Of a stretch of DNA of 64,000 nucleotides, positions 1-8,883 are shown piece after piece. Source of the DNA: an uncultured Granulosicoccaceae bacterium (lineage in GTDB: Bacteria > Pseudomonadota > Gammaproteobacteria > Granulosicoccales > Granulosicoccaceae). How positions within the stretch are numbered: the stretch's first letter is position 1; each line of letters opens with the position of its first letter. The translations under genes and the position numbers were made by a program. The stretch spans positions 7,775-71,774 of the forward strand of contig CAKZVB010000034.1 in NCBI GenBank assembly GCA_937922015.1, read 5' to 3'. Under the pieces are notes generated by a model, which was not told where the DNA came from, did not search any database, and was given only the letters and a program-made list of their open reading frames with translations.

Positions 1-648
1 TTTGCCATAAGACCGGGTCCTATCATGGCAGCTGCAGACTTATTCAGCGTAGAGATTACCGGTCGCGGCGGTCACGCCGCTATGCCGCACACCGGTGCTG
101 ACCCCACCATCGCCGCCGCACAGATCACACTCGCACTACAATCAATTATTTCACGCAATGTAGACCCCATGGAATCCGCCGTAATCTCGGTAACCTCTTT
201 TCAAACTGACACTGACGCGTTTAATGTGATCCCTCAAACTGTCAATCTGAAAGGTACCGTGAGAACGCTATCACCTGACATAAGAGACTTACTCGAAAAA
301 CGCATGACGCAAGTCATCGAAAATACTGCAGCCGCCATGGGTACAACGGCAAAATTTAGCTATAACCGCAACTACCCGGTCACCATCAACGCACACGAAC
401 AAACCGAACTTGCAGTGAACGTCGCAAGCGGCGTTGCCGGGCGCTCAAAGGTCGACGCCAATACACCCGCGGTTATGGGCGCTGAGGATTTTTCATTTAT
501 GCTCAACGCAAGACCGGGCGCTTTTATTTTTATGGGTAACGGCGACACCGCAGCGTTGCATCATCCGGAATACGACTTCAACGATGATGCAATACCTTAC
601 GGTTGCTCCTATTGGGTGCAACTGGTCGAACAGGCAATGCCGGTGTAA
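1..648 (+). CDS. M20D-family amidohydrolase (hippurate hydrolase / N-acyl-amino acid amidohydrolase-like), 5'-truncated by the window edge
   Basis: The frame is open from nt 1 (FAIRPGPIMAAADLFSVEITGRGGHAAMPH...). It carries the dimerisation-domain and C-terminal motifs typical of M20D peptidases (GAEDFSFM, HHPEYDFND). Stop at 646-648. Confidence 0.8.
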   Translation, partial: FAIRPGPIMAAADLFSVEITGRGGHAAMPHTGADPTIAAAQITLALQSIISRNVDPMESAVISVTSFQTDTDAFNVIPQTVNLKGTVRTLSPDIRDLLEKRMTQVIENTAAAMGTTAKFSYNRNYPVTINAHEQTELAVNVASGVAGRSKVDANTPAVMGAEDFSFMLNARPGAFIFMGNGDTAALHHPEYDFNDDAIPYGCSYWVQLVEQAMPV

Positions 649-670
649 CAACCGCTGAAACACAGTTGCT

Positions 671-1204
671 TCAATCTTGCGGCGTATGCAGAGCTACCTG
701 TTTTTCCAACTCAAACACATGATCATCGTGTATATCGAATTCCCTGAGGGCATGCGCCAGCTTGTATAGATATTCCATGTTGCTGCCACTGGGGCCACTG
801 GCGGTTCGAATTTGTTCGGCAATCTGTTGTAGCTGCGAATCGCCTAAAAAAGCCTCATTCGATTCACCGGCAACATACACCAGACAATTTACCACTTCAC
901 CATTATCCAGCCGACAATCCAGCTGATGCCGTTCATAGCCATTCTTTTCACGATAGTCGAGCCTGTCGAGGATTTGATCGGCCGTATCGGCCGCCACCTC
1001 AAAAGCCAGTCCGCCACAAACCCCCTGCGCATCAGGCACCAGGGTGACCACTCTGCCCGGCGCTGCCGGCACGCCGCGATGATCGTGCGACCCCTGCCAG
1101 AATCGCCTGGACCAGCCGTTTATCGACCCGACACGGCGCTGCAGGAATTCAAAATCCGGGCGCCAAATCAGCGAGCCGTAACCGAACAACCAAATACTCG
1201 ACAT
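671..1204 (-). CDS. chaC: ChaC-family glutathione-specific gamma-glutamylcyclotransferase
   Basis: 177 aa. N-terminal WLFGYGSLIWRPDF motif and overall ChaC-like layout (GWSRRFWQGSHDHRG...PGRVVTL). Confidence 0.8.
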   Translation of the reverse strand: MSSIWLFGYGSLIWRPDFEFLQRRVGSINGWSRRFWQGSHDHRGVPAAPGRVVTLVPDAQGVCGGLAFEVAADTADQILDRLDYREKNGYERHQLDCRLDNGEVVNCLVYVAGESNEAFLGDSQLQQIAEQIRTASGPSGSNMEYLYKLAHALREFDIHDDHVFELEKQVALHTPQD

Positions 1205-1401
1205 AATATTCTGTCACTGTCTGTAAGCCGTGAATTTTACACGCAACGCTCATTAAGTGCCCATCCACAAACAAGTGATCCTCGCTACACCCCGGTTTCC
1301 CGATGAGCACTAATTGCCGGAACGTATCACGTAAGTATAAAATCAGTTAAACTGCGGGGCACAAGTAAACCCCTTTACACAACGAATCGAGGCTCGATCA
1401 A

Positions 1402-2010
1402 ATGGCTTTTGAACTACCAAACCTGCCCTACGCACACGACGCACTGGCCGATGGCGGAATGTCCAGGGAAACCCTTGAATTCCACCACGATCTGCACCAC
1501 AAGGCCTACGTTGATAACGGCAACAAACTTATTGCCGGTACCGAATGGGAAAGCAAATCCGTTGAAGACATCATCAAAGGCACCTACGCCAGCGGTGATG
1601 TAGCGCAAAACGGTATCTTCAACAACGCGTCACAGCACTGGAACCATACCCAGTTCTGGGAAATGATGGGCCCGAAGGGCAGCAAGATGCCATCGGAACT
1701 CGAAGCACGCCTGAAAGACGGTTTTGGCTCGGTTGACAAATTCAAAGAAGAATTCGCCGCAGCCGGTGCTGGTCAGTTCGGTTCAGGCTGGTGCTGGCTG
1801 GTGGTTGATACCGACGGCACGTTGAAAGTCACCAAAACTGAAAACGGTGTTAATCCTCTATGTTTCAACCAGACTGCTCTGCTCGGCTGCGATGTGTGGG
1901 AACACTCTTACTACATTGACTTTCGCAACAAGCGACCTGTCTATTTGACTAACTTTCTGGATAATCTGGTCAATTGGGAAAACGTTGCAAGCCGGCTTGC
2001 CTCTACCTAG
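1402..2010 (+). CDS. sodB: Fe/Mn-type superoxide dismutase (Fe-SOD-like)
   Basis: 202 aa. MAFELPNLPYAHDAL...FHHDLHHKAYV...DVWEHSYYIDFRNKRP are the classic Fe/Mn-SOD signatures. Confidence 0.93.
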   Translation: MAFELPNLPYAHDALADGGMSRETLEFHHDLHHKAYVDNGNKLIAGTEWESKSVEDIIKGTYASGDVAQNGIFNNASQHWNHTQFWEMMGPKGSKMPSELEARLKDGFGSVDKFKEEFAAAGAGQFGSGWCWLVVDTDGTLKVTKTENGVNPLCFNQTALLGCDVWEHSYYIDFRNKRPVYLTNFLDNLVNWENVASRLAST

Positions 2011-2042
2011 AGCTAGAGCTAGAGCTTTTTAGTTTGGTGATG

Positions 2043-2070
2043 AAAAAGCCCTGCATGTCAGGGCTTTTTT
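2043..2070. terminator. Bidirectional rho-independent terminator between convergent sodB and modC
   Basis: AAAAAGCCCTG-catgt-CAGGGCTTTTTT: a 7-bp GC-rich stem (2047-2053 / 2059-2065) flanked by an A-run and a T-run. Confidence 0.8.
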
Positions 2071-2088
2071 ATGGGCGCGTCTGCCTGG

Positions 2089-3225
2089 TCACCGTCTGCT
2101 ACGGCCAAGCCGGTCTGGCGGCATGATGTGAATACTGTCTGCCAACAACGAAAAACTCACACTGGCGCCTTCTGCCAGACTATTTCTATTAGCCGCATGA
2201 GACGGTACGGAAAAGTATACCGGTGGTCGGCCGCGCTTACCCAGTTGCGCGGCAACCAATGTGTTATCGCCCATCGGCAACAGCTCTGCGATTACAGCGT
2301 TCAGCGGATTCTCTCTGTCACCTCGAGAAGGCCTGTTGCGTCGGTGCATGACAATATGTGACTGCGGGATGCACCAGTGCACCGCCTGCCCGGCGTTAAA
2401 TCCGTTGAGTTGATCAACCTCAAGTTCATGACCACGCCACTCAATCACGCCTCCGCCGTGGCCGTTCTCCTGCGTTACCGTACCCCGAAAAATATTCTTG
2501 AACCCGACCAACCTGGCAACCAATACCGATACCGGCTTGCTGATCACACTCTGCACCGGGCCACTTTGAAGGGTAGTCCCCTGTGACAACATACAAAGAC
2601 TGTCGGCCAGCACAATTGCTTCGTCCAGGTCATGAGTCACTAATATTGTCGGTATGGAAAGCTCACGTCTCAGCATCGCCAGTTCACGATACAAACGCTC
2701 ACGGGTAGCGCGATCAACGGCGGAAAACGGTTCGTCCAGCAATAACACTTCAGGCTCGCGCGCTAGCGCCCGCGCGATACCGACCCGTTGTTGCTGACCG
2801 CCGGACAATTGATCGGGTTTACGATTTTCCAGCCCTTCAAGATTGACCTTTGCAAGCCACCGGGCCGCCTTATCAGCTCGTGATCCTGCCGACAAATGTC
2901 TACAGGACTGCTCAACATTCTGCAGTGCCGTCAGGTGCGGAAATAACGCGTATTGCTGAAAAACAAATCCCACCCGACGTCGCTGCGCACTGAGACAAAC
3001 ATTGGCGTTGGTATCGAGCCAGGTTTTACCCGCACAGCTGACCATCCCTGTATGTGGCTGCATCAATCCCGCGATTATTCTAAGCAGCGTTGATTTACCC
3101 GCACCGGAAGGGCCCACAAGTGCCAGCAACTCACCGGCACCGCATTGCAGTTGCGCGTCAAGTGGCATGGGCAGAGTCTGCTGTGCGACGACACTTAAAC
3201 CGGTACCTGTTGCATCGGTTGTCAC
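2089..3225 (-). CDS. modC: Molybdate ABC transporter ATP-binding protein with C-terminal TOBE/Mop-like domain
   Basis: 378 aa. Walker A GPSGAGKST, ABC signature LSGGQQQRVGIARAL, Walker B LLLDEPFSAVD, and a ~130-aa C-terminal extension as in ModC. modB and modA lie nearby. GTG start is uncertain. Confidence 0.8.
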   Translation of the reverse strand: MTTDATGTGLSVVAQQTLPMPLDAQLQCGAGELLALVGPSGAGKSTLLRIIAGLMQPHTGMVSCAGKTWLDTNANVCLSAQRRRVGFVFQQYALFPHLTALQNVEQSCRHLSAGSRADKAARWLAKVNLEGLENRKPDQLSGGQQQRVGIARALAREPEVLLLDEPFSAVDRATRERLYRELAMLRRELSIPTILVTHDLDEAIVLADSLCMLSQGTTLQSGPVQSVISKPVSVLVARLVGFKNIFRGTVTQENGHGGGVIEWRGHELEVDQLNGFNAGQAVHWCIPQSHIVMHRRNRPSRGDRENPLNAVIAELLPMGDNTLVAAQLGKRGRPPVYFSVPSHAANRNSLAEGASVSFSLLADSIHIMPPDRLGRSRR

Positions 3226-3345
3226 GTCGCTGCTACTACAAAACAGTGGTGCAACGCGAGCGAGGCGCAGAACGTTGTCGCTTTATCAATCGATCCTTTA
3301 TTCATTGTTGAACTAAAGGGAAAACGCCGCATTCGACCGGTAAAA

Positions 3346-4164
3346 CTACAGTATGTCTTTCACAGCACGACGGGCCATTACTGTCACCAGGTGCGCCCGG
3401 TATTGCGCACTGGCGTGTATATCGTCGTTAAAGTCTTCGTCATCAATTGCAATTTTTTCCAGGCAGGACGGCTTAAAGTCCTTCTCTAATGCCTGCTCCA
3501 TCTCTGACTGTCGGAATACACTGCCTGCCGCACCGGTAACGGCAACCCTTACTTTATCATTGCCGTTGCCTGCCACACCTTCATTAAACACCGCTAAAAA
3601 TACACCGACCACAGGATAACCCGAGGCAGGGTTCGGAAATTTTTGATAGCTGGCTTTACTGGCTACGGGGAAGGCGACACTGGTTATGATTTCATTTTCT
3701 TCAAGTGCTGTTTCAAACAAGTCTATGAAAAAGTCATCGGCTGTGATTGAGCGCTTATCAGTGTTAACCGTTGCAGCCAGTCCAACCAGAGCAGCCGGAT
3801 AATCAGCTGCCGGATCAGCATTGGCCACAGAGCCACCCAGAGTGCCCCGGTTACGAACCTGCGGATCACCGATCATGCCAGCCAGATCGGCTAGTGCCGG
3901 TATAAACTGGCGTACCAGCTCTGATCTGCTGACATCGGCGTGGTGGGTCATCGCTCCGATAACAATAGTGTCGCCGTGTTTCTCAATGCCGGACAGGCCC
4001 TGTACGCCAGCCAGATCGACCAGCGTATCGGGGGCGGCAAGCCGCTGTTTCATGGTCGGCAACAAGGTCATGCCGCCAGCCAGTAATTTGCCGTCTTCTG
4101 CCGCGTCAAGCGCGTTGATCGCGTCATCAACTGATGTCGCTTTATGATAGCTAAATTCATACAT
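3346..4164 (-). CDS. FAD-binding (medium) subunit of a xanthine dehydrogenase / CO dehydrogenase-family molybdoenzyme (CoxM/CutM-like)
   Basis: 272 aa. YHKATSVDDAINAL...LLAGGMTLLPTMKQR...RNRGTLGGSVANADPAADYP are typical of FAD_binding_5 / CO_deh_flav_C medium subunits. Confidence 0.8.
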   Translation of the reverse strand: MYEFSYHKATSVDDAINALDAAEDGKLLAGGMTLLPTMKQRLAAPDTLVDLAGVQGLSGIEKHGDTIVIGAMTHHADVSRSELVRQFIPALADLAGMIGDPQVRNRGTLGGSVANADPAADYPAALVGLAATVNTDKRSITADDFFIDLFETALEENEIITSVAFPVASKASYQKFPNPASGYPVVGVFLAVFNEGVAGNGNDKVRVAVTGAAGSVFRQSEMEQALEKDFKPSCLEKIAIDDEDFNDDIHASAQYRAHLVTVMARRAVKDIL

Positions 4165-4370
4165 TGACTTTCACCCGGTTAACAACGGTTGTTCCATCCA
4201 CTAGCGCAGTTCACTACCTGAGACACTATCGCAATCCTATAATAACCCAAATCACTGCCATCATATTATTGAAAAAAATCTCGGCAGCTGAAGCACAATT
4301 AACCTCAGTATGGTACAACACTGGAAACCGCAGCGGGCCGGCGCCAACACCTCAATGCAAAGAAAAAACT

Positions 4371-5534
4371 ATGTTCGACCTTGATGGAATCACTGTAGTC
4401 AGCCTTGAGCAAGCGGTTGCCGCACCATACGCCTCCGGCAGGCTTGCACAAGCAGGTGCCAGAGTAATCAAAGTCGAACGCCCTGAGGGCGACTTTGCCC
4501 GCAACTACGATTCACTGGTCAACGGTGACAGTGCCTATTTCGTTTGGCTGAATCACGGCAAGCAGTCAGTTTGCATGAATCTGAAAGACGATAGCGATAA
4601 AGATCTGCTGCACAACATACTGAAAAAAGCCGATGTCTTTATTCAAAATCTGGCACCTGGTGCAGCTGATCGTCTTGGCGTCGGACCGGCGCTATTGCAC
4701 AGGAAATATCCCTCTCTGATCATCTGTTCAATCTCCGGCTACGGCGAGAGCGGTCCGTATAAAAACCAGAAAGCATACGATCTGCTGGTACAGGCCGAGT
4801 CTGGTTTGTGCGCCATCAATGGAACCTCCGACGGACCCGCAAGAGTGGGGGTATCGGTTTGTGATATTGCAGCGGGCATGTCTGCCCATCAGGCTATTTT
4901 GCAGGCATTGTTTGCAAGGGAGCGCAACAACAATAAAAAACCTGCCAGCAGCAAGCAAAACGATGGCGGTCGCTTAATACAAGTGTCTATGTATCAGGCA
5001 ATGGCAGACTGGATGAACGTGCCCTACCTTCAATATAGATATGGCCGGAAAGATCCCGGCAGACACGGTCTTAAACACCCGACCATTGCCCCCTATGGGG
5101 CCTACCCCTGCAACGATGGAAAGTACATATTGATTTCCATACAAAATGAACGCGAATGGCAAAACCTGTGTAGTGGCGTTCTTATGCAGGACGACCTGCC
5201 GGCACAGACCGGCTTCCAGTCAAATAAAGCGCGTGTTGAAAATCGTGCTCAGGTCGATGCCACCGTTGCCGCTACGTTTTCACAGCATAGCCGTGAGGAA
5301 GCCATTGAACTACTGGAAAAAGCTAATATTGCCTACGGCAGACTTTCCGATCTTGACGATTTATTGTCCCATCCGCAAAACCGGTTTGTCACAGTCAGTG
5401 GTGAATCAGGTGATATTGAATTACTAGCGCCTTCAGCAACGTTTACCGGTCAACAAAACGCAGTCGGTAAAGTACCTGCAGTAGGTGAACATGATGATCT
5501 GATTCGTGCAGAGTTTTCAACAGGCGATAGCTGA
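4371..5534 (+). CDS. Family III (CaiB/BaiF) CoA-transferase
   Basis: MFDLDGITVVSLEQAVAAPYASGRLAQAGARVIKVERPEGDFARNY is the canonical family-III N-terminus. The ORF-track start at 4164 adds 69 non-homologous residues, so I prefer the ATG at 4371. Confidence 0.8.
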   Translation: MFDLDGITVVSLEQAVAAPYASGRLAQAGARVIKVERPEGDFARNYDSLVNGDSAYFVWLNHGKQSVCMNLKDDSDKDLLHNILKKADVFIQNLAPGAADRLGVGPALLHRKYPSLIICSISGYGESGPYKNQKAYDLLVQAESGLCAINGTSDGPARVGVSVCDIAAGMSAHQAILQALFARERNNNKKPASSKQNDGGRLIQVSMYQAMADWMNVPYLQYRYGRKDPGRHGLKHPTIAPYGAYPCNDGKYILISIQNEREWQNLCSGVLMQDDLPAQTGFQSNKARVENRAQVDATVAATFSQHSREEAIELLEKANIAYGRLSDLDDLLSHPQNRFVTVSGESGDIELLAPSATFTGQQNAVGKVPAVGEHDDLIRAEFSTGDS

Positions 5535-5617
5535 CTCGCCCGGCGCTTACAACAACAGCTGACAGCCCCACCCGTTATCGTTAGCTGTAGCGGACGATAA
5601 AACGTATACTCCTCGCT

Positions 5618-6289
5618 ATGGATTGGTCAGCACTACAATTATCGTTCAAACTGGCGTTGTGGACATTGGTACTGCTGTTACCACTTGGCCTGATTCTGGG
5701 CCGCTGGCTTGCCTGGAGCAATGTCAGAGGTCACGCCTTTATACAGGCGATACTGGCGCTGCCGTTGGTGCTACCGCCTACCGTATTAGGTTTCTATCTG
5801 CTATCCATGTTCTCAGCGCAATCTACTATCGGTGGTTATTACCAGCAACTGTTTGGAAAGTCGCTGGCGTTTAGTTTCGAGGGCTTGCTGATAGCCTCAG
5901 TGGTTTTTAATATTCCATTCGCGGTGCAACCGGTTCAACGTGCGTTTGAAACTATTAGTCGCGACATCAGAGACGCCGCCGCATGTTGCGGCCTGTCAAG
6001 ATGGCAGCAGTTCAAGACAATTGAATTTCCACTGGTCTGGCCCGGTATACTGGGTGCTGCAGTATTGGTTTTTGCACACACGCTGGGGGAGTTTGGCGTG
6101 GTATTAATGGTAGGCGGCAATATACCAGACGAAACCCGTACCATTGCAATTTCAATCTACGACAGCGTGCAATCATTTGACAACAACGCCGCCTCTATTA
6201 TGTCTGCGGTGTTATTACTTATTTCGGTATGTGCAATCGCTATGGTCTTCTATTTATCTGACAGCCCGCGACAGACAACGCACTACTGA
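5618..6289 (+). CDS. modB: Molybdate ABC transporter permease
   Basis: 223 aa and polytopic, with a BPD-transporter EAA-type loop (DAAACCGLSRWQQFKTIEFPLVWPGI). Size and sequence match ModB. Confidence 0.85.
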   Translation: MDWSALQLSFKLALWTLVLLLPLGLILGRWLAWSNVRGHAFIQAILALPLVLPPTVLGFYLLSMFSAQSTIGGYYQQLFGKSLAFSFEGLLIASVVFNIPFAVQPVQRAFETISRDIRDAAACCGLSRWQQFKTIEFPLVWPGILGAAVLVFAHTLGEFGVVLMVGGNIPDETRTIAISIYDSVQSFDNNAASIMSAVLLLISVCAIAMVFYLSDSPRQTTHY

Positions 6290-6309
6290 TTCACCTACAT
6301 CACCGCAAA

Positions 6310-7131
6310 CTAACGCATCCCGTATCGTCTTAAAATGTCATCAGCACGTTTTGCGTGCCGGATAAAATCGAACAGCGCATCGCCAGACTGGGTTTTTTTG
6401 ATTTGAATAATAGCCTGCGCTACCGGCTGGTGGTGCTCCCGGGCGATCAGTTCATAGTGACCTTTTTCCTGAAACACCGGCGACACAGCCAGCGACCTTG
6501 ATATCAAGGCAAGCTCCGTAGCGCCACTGGCCACATACTGCGCAGCCTGTGAAACCTTCTCGGCATACACAAGGTGCGGCATAGCGATATCCCACAGCCC
6601 CATTGATTGCAACACTTGCTGAGCGGCACGTCCATAGGGTGCGTGGCGGGGATTTGCGATTGCGAGCTTGAAGCCATTACTACTGCCAGCTATATTGCCG
6701 CGTTCAAGTGCGCTTTTAAATTCTTCCAGGCCGTTTTTTAAATTTAGTTTGCTGTTGGTGTTAACAAACAGCACCAGCCGACCTTCAGCAAATTTAACAC
6801 CTTCGCCATACGCTACGGTGGCATCCTCAAGTTTTTCAACCAACCGGTTGTCTGCAGAGAGAAACATATCATATGGCGCACCCTGCATAATCTGTCTAAA
6901 CAGATTTCCCGACGATCCATAAACCACCTGCGGTCCAGGCTGTCCCGTCTCTTCTACGAATGCTGTAAGGATGTCATTTAAAACAAACTGGAGCGATGAA
7001 GCCGCAGCAACTCTTATCGCGCGGTCGGCTTTTTTCTCACCGCTGTCCTGTGCAGAATCAGCTCCGTATAAAGCACAACTGCAGATAAGAAAAACCAACA
7101 CTGCGAACAATCTGCTCGAACCATTATTCAT
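6310..7131 (-). CDS. modA: Molybdate ABC transporter periplasmic substrate-binding protein
   Basis: A signal peptide follows the ATG at 7131 (MNNGSSRLFAVLVFLICSCALYG). The mature part is ModA-like (RVAAASSLQF...VVYGSSGNLFRQI...IANPRHAPYG). The start overlaps the upstream gene's stop by 8 nt. Confidence 0.8.
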   Translation of the reverse strand: MNNGSSRLFAVLVFLICSCALYGADSAQDSGEKKADRAIRVAAASSLQFVLNDILTAFVEETGQPGPQVVYGSSGNLFRQIMQGAPYDMFLSADNRLVEKLEDATVAYGEGVKFAEGRLVLFVNTNSKLNLKNGLEEFKSALERGNIAGSSNGFKLAIANPRHAPYGRAAQQVLQSMGLWDIAMPHLVYAEKVSQAAQYVASGATELALISRSLAVSPVFQEKGHYELIAREHHQPVAQAIIQIKKTQSGDALFDFIRHAKRADDILRRYGMR

Positions 7132-8764
7132 TCTCAAGGGAGTCGTCCGCCAGACTTTGCAGTGCTCCAGGAGTGTCATAATCCACTAGCACGGCTTTGT
7201 CCTGCACGTCAATTTCAAACACGCGGTCGGGGTATTGCCGCATTAAATATTTTGCACCACTGTCGCCGCTATGTTGCAGCAAAGTATCAAAGAAAGCGCT
7301 GCCGATCATCACCGGGTTTCCTTTTTTGCCATTTGCCACAGGCACCACAATCAAATCATTGATCAATTCACCAGCCGGGTTTTTAATTGCCCTGCTGATA
7401 ATTACATTGATGAGGTCTTTACCAATATGTGGCATGTCGCCCAGGCACACCACTACCGCATCTGCGTTGTCTAATCGCGATATTCCGTGAGACAAAGAAT
7501 GGGCCATGCCCATCGCGTGCGATGCACAGTAGTAACAACTGGCACCGGAGTCACCAAGCACGGATTCTATCGCGTCTTTTTCGTGTCCGGTGACTACAAC
7601 AATCTGCTCCAGCTTGCTGCTACATGCCGCATCGACAACGCTTCGCACCATCGGCACACCCTTATAAGGGACGAGCAGTTTATTTATCTCACCGGCTCGC
7701 CTTGACGAACCCGCCGCCAGCACCAGACCAGCCACCACCGGACCATGGACATTGCTAACCTCAGCAGCGCTGACACGGGGCTGAGGCCTGTCCAGCATTT
7801 CAGTCAACAGCCCGCCCACCGACAAACTGTTTAGCCAGTCCTGATCTATTTCCACCTTGCATGCCAGTCGATCAAGAAGCTGGTCCAGACCATTGTACTT
7901 GGGCGACCGGGCACAACCGGGCAAACCAATCACCACCGAACCATTCAGCTCACCCAGTAATAACAGATTACCGGGATCAACCGGCAGGCCGAAGCGAAGT
8001 ACTTTTCCACCAGCCGCATGAATTGCTGCCGGTATAACATCGCGGCGATCGCTTATAGCAGAAGCACCGGCGATAAGTATCCAGTCGGGTTGTTCTTCAA
8101 ACGGGGTCTTTAACACTCTGCACAGATCATCGACGGTATGATCACATCGCACTTCTTGCACAAGGCTGGCAGTGCGCGCGTTCAAACGTTGCTCAGTGAC
8201 AGAGCGGGTTTTATCCAGCACCGACACCTTTAATGAAGGCAGACAGGTTTGAATCAGAACCGCTCGCTGCGGCACTGGCGCCTGAACTGAAATTGGTCCG
8301 GCACCAGCTGCATCAACAGCAAGCTGAATGCTGTTTTTATCTACGCCATAGGTAATTATTTTACTGGTCGCGACCATGCGACCCGCCAGCACCCAGGTGT
8401 TAGCAGGCAGAGTAGACAGAGTGATTTCTTCCGCAATGCTGTTAGTAGCCAGTATGCTGGCAGCATTGAGACACAATAAGCCATCGTGTGCCGCAAATAG
8501 ATTGACCCGGCCGGTGTGCGGCGGATCTATGGATATTCCATCGCCGGCAATGGATTCTGCAAGCGTTGCGGCAGCCAGATCTTCATTGATATCGCCATCA
8601 TCAAGCCGTGCCACAGTGATGCGCTGGATATCGTTGTCCAGTAACAACTGGACTAGCTCGGCAGTCAATGAACTGCCTTTTTTAATGCGCCGCTTGCCTA
8701 CTCGCAGGCTATGAGCCAGCAGACAACCCGTGGCCTGCGTCGTTGCAATTTCACCAAACCACAT
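7124..8764 (-). CDS. Fusion protein: molybdopterin-binding (MoCF_biosynth/MoeA-like) domain plus MobA/MocA-like nucleotidyltransferase domain
   Basis: 546 aa. The central region (ILIAGASAISDRRDVIPAAI...GLPVDPGNLLLLGEL...VIGLPGCARSP) is a MoCF-binding fold. The C-terminal LVLAAGSSRRAG..NKLL...GDMPHI is the MobA/MocA NTP-transferase signature. Confidence 0.75.
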   Translation of the reverse strand: MWFGEIATTQATGCLLAHSLRVGKRRIKKGSSLTAELVQLLLDNDIQRITVARLDDGDINEDLAAATLAESIAGDGISIDPPHTGRVNLFAAHDGLLCLNAASILATNSIAEEITLSTLPANTWVLAGRMVATSKIITYGVDKNSIQLAVDAAGAGPISVQAPVPQRAVLIQTCLPSLKVSVLDKTRSVTEQRLNARTASLVQEVRCDHTVDDLCRVLKTPFEEQPDWILIAGASAISDRRDVIPAAIHAAGGKVLRFGLPVDPGNLLLLGELNGSVVIGLPGCARSPKYNGLDQLLDRLACKVEIDQDWLNSLSVGGLLTEMLDRPQPRVSAAEVSNVHGPVVAGLVLAAGSSRRAGEINKLLVPYKGVPMVRSVVDAACSSKLEQIVVVTGHEKDAIESVLGDSGASCYYCASHAMGMAHSLSHGISRLDNADAVVVCLGDMPHIGKDLINVIISRAIKNPAGELINDLIVVPVANGKKGNPVMIGSAFFDTLLQHSGDSGAKYLMRQYPDRVFEIDVQDKAVLVDYDTPGALQSLADDSLENE

Positions 8765-8883
8765 TGATTTTATCGTCAGCTGATTTCTGTCTCGATGATA
8801 CGCGATATCGTCATGATGCAGGGCGTGAAATATCTCTCTGGCTGACAGTCAGGCAAAGTGTATTTGCCTCGACAGCTACACCA

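Noticed and set aside
4164-4370. The ORF track extends several genes at the N-terminus: CoA-transferase 4164, qor 24658, modA 7179, tctC 12145, lctP 57203, class V aminotransferase 50651, NUDIX 27901 and fdsA 20780.
   Set aside because: The extensions are non-homologous and often use rare starts. Internal ATGs coincide with family N-termini, signal peptides and/or SD sequences, so I used the shorter models.
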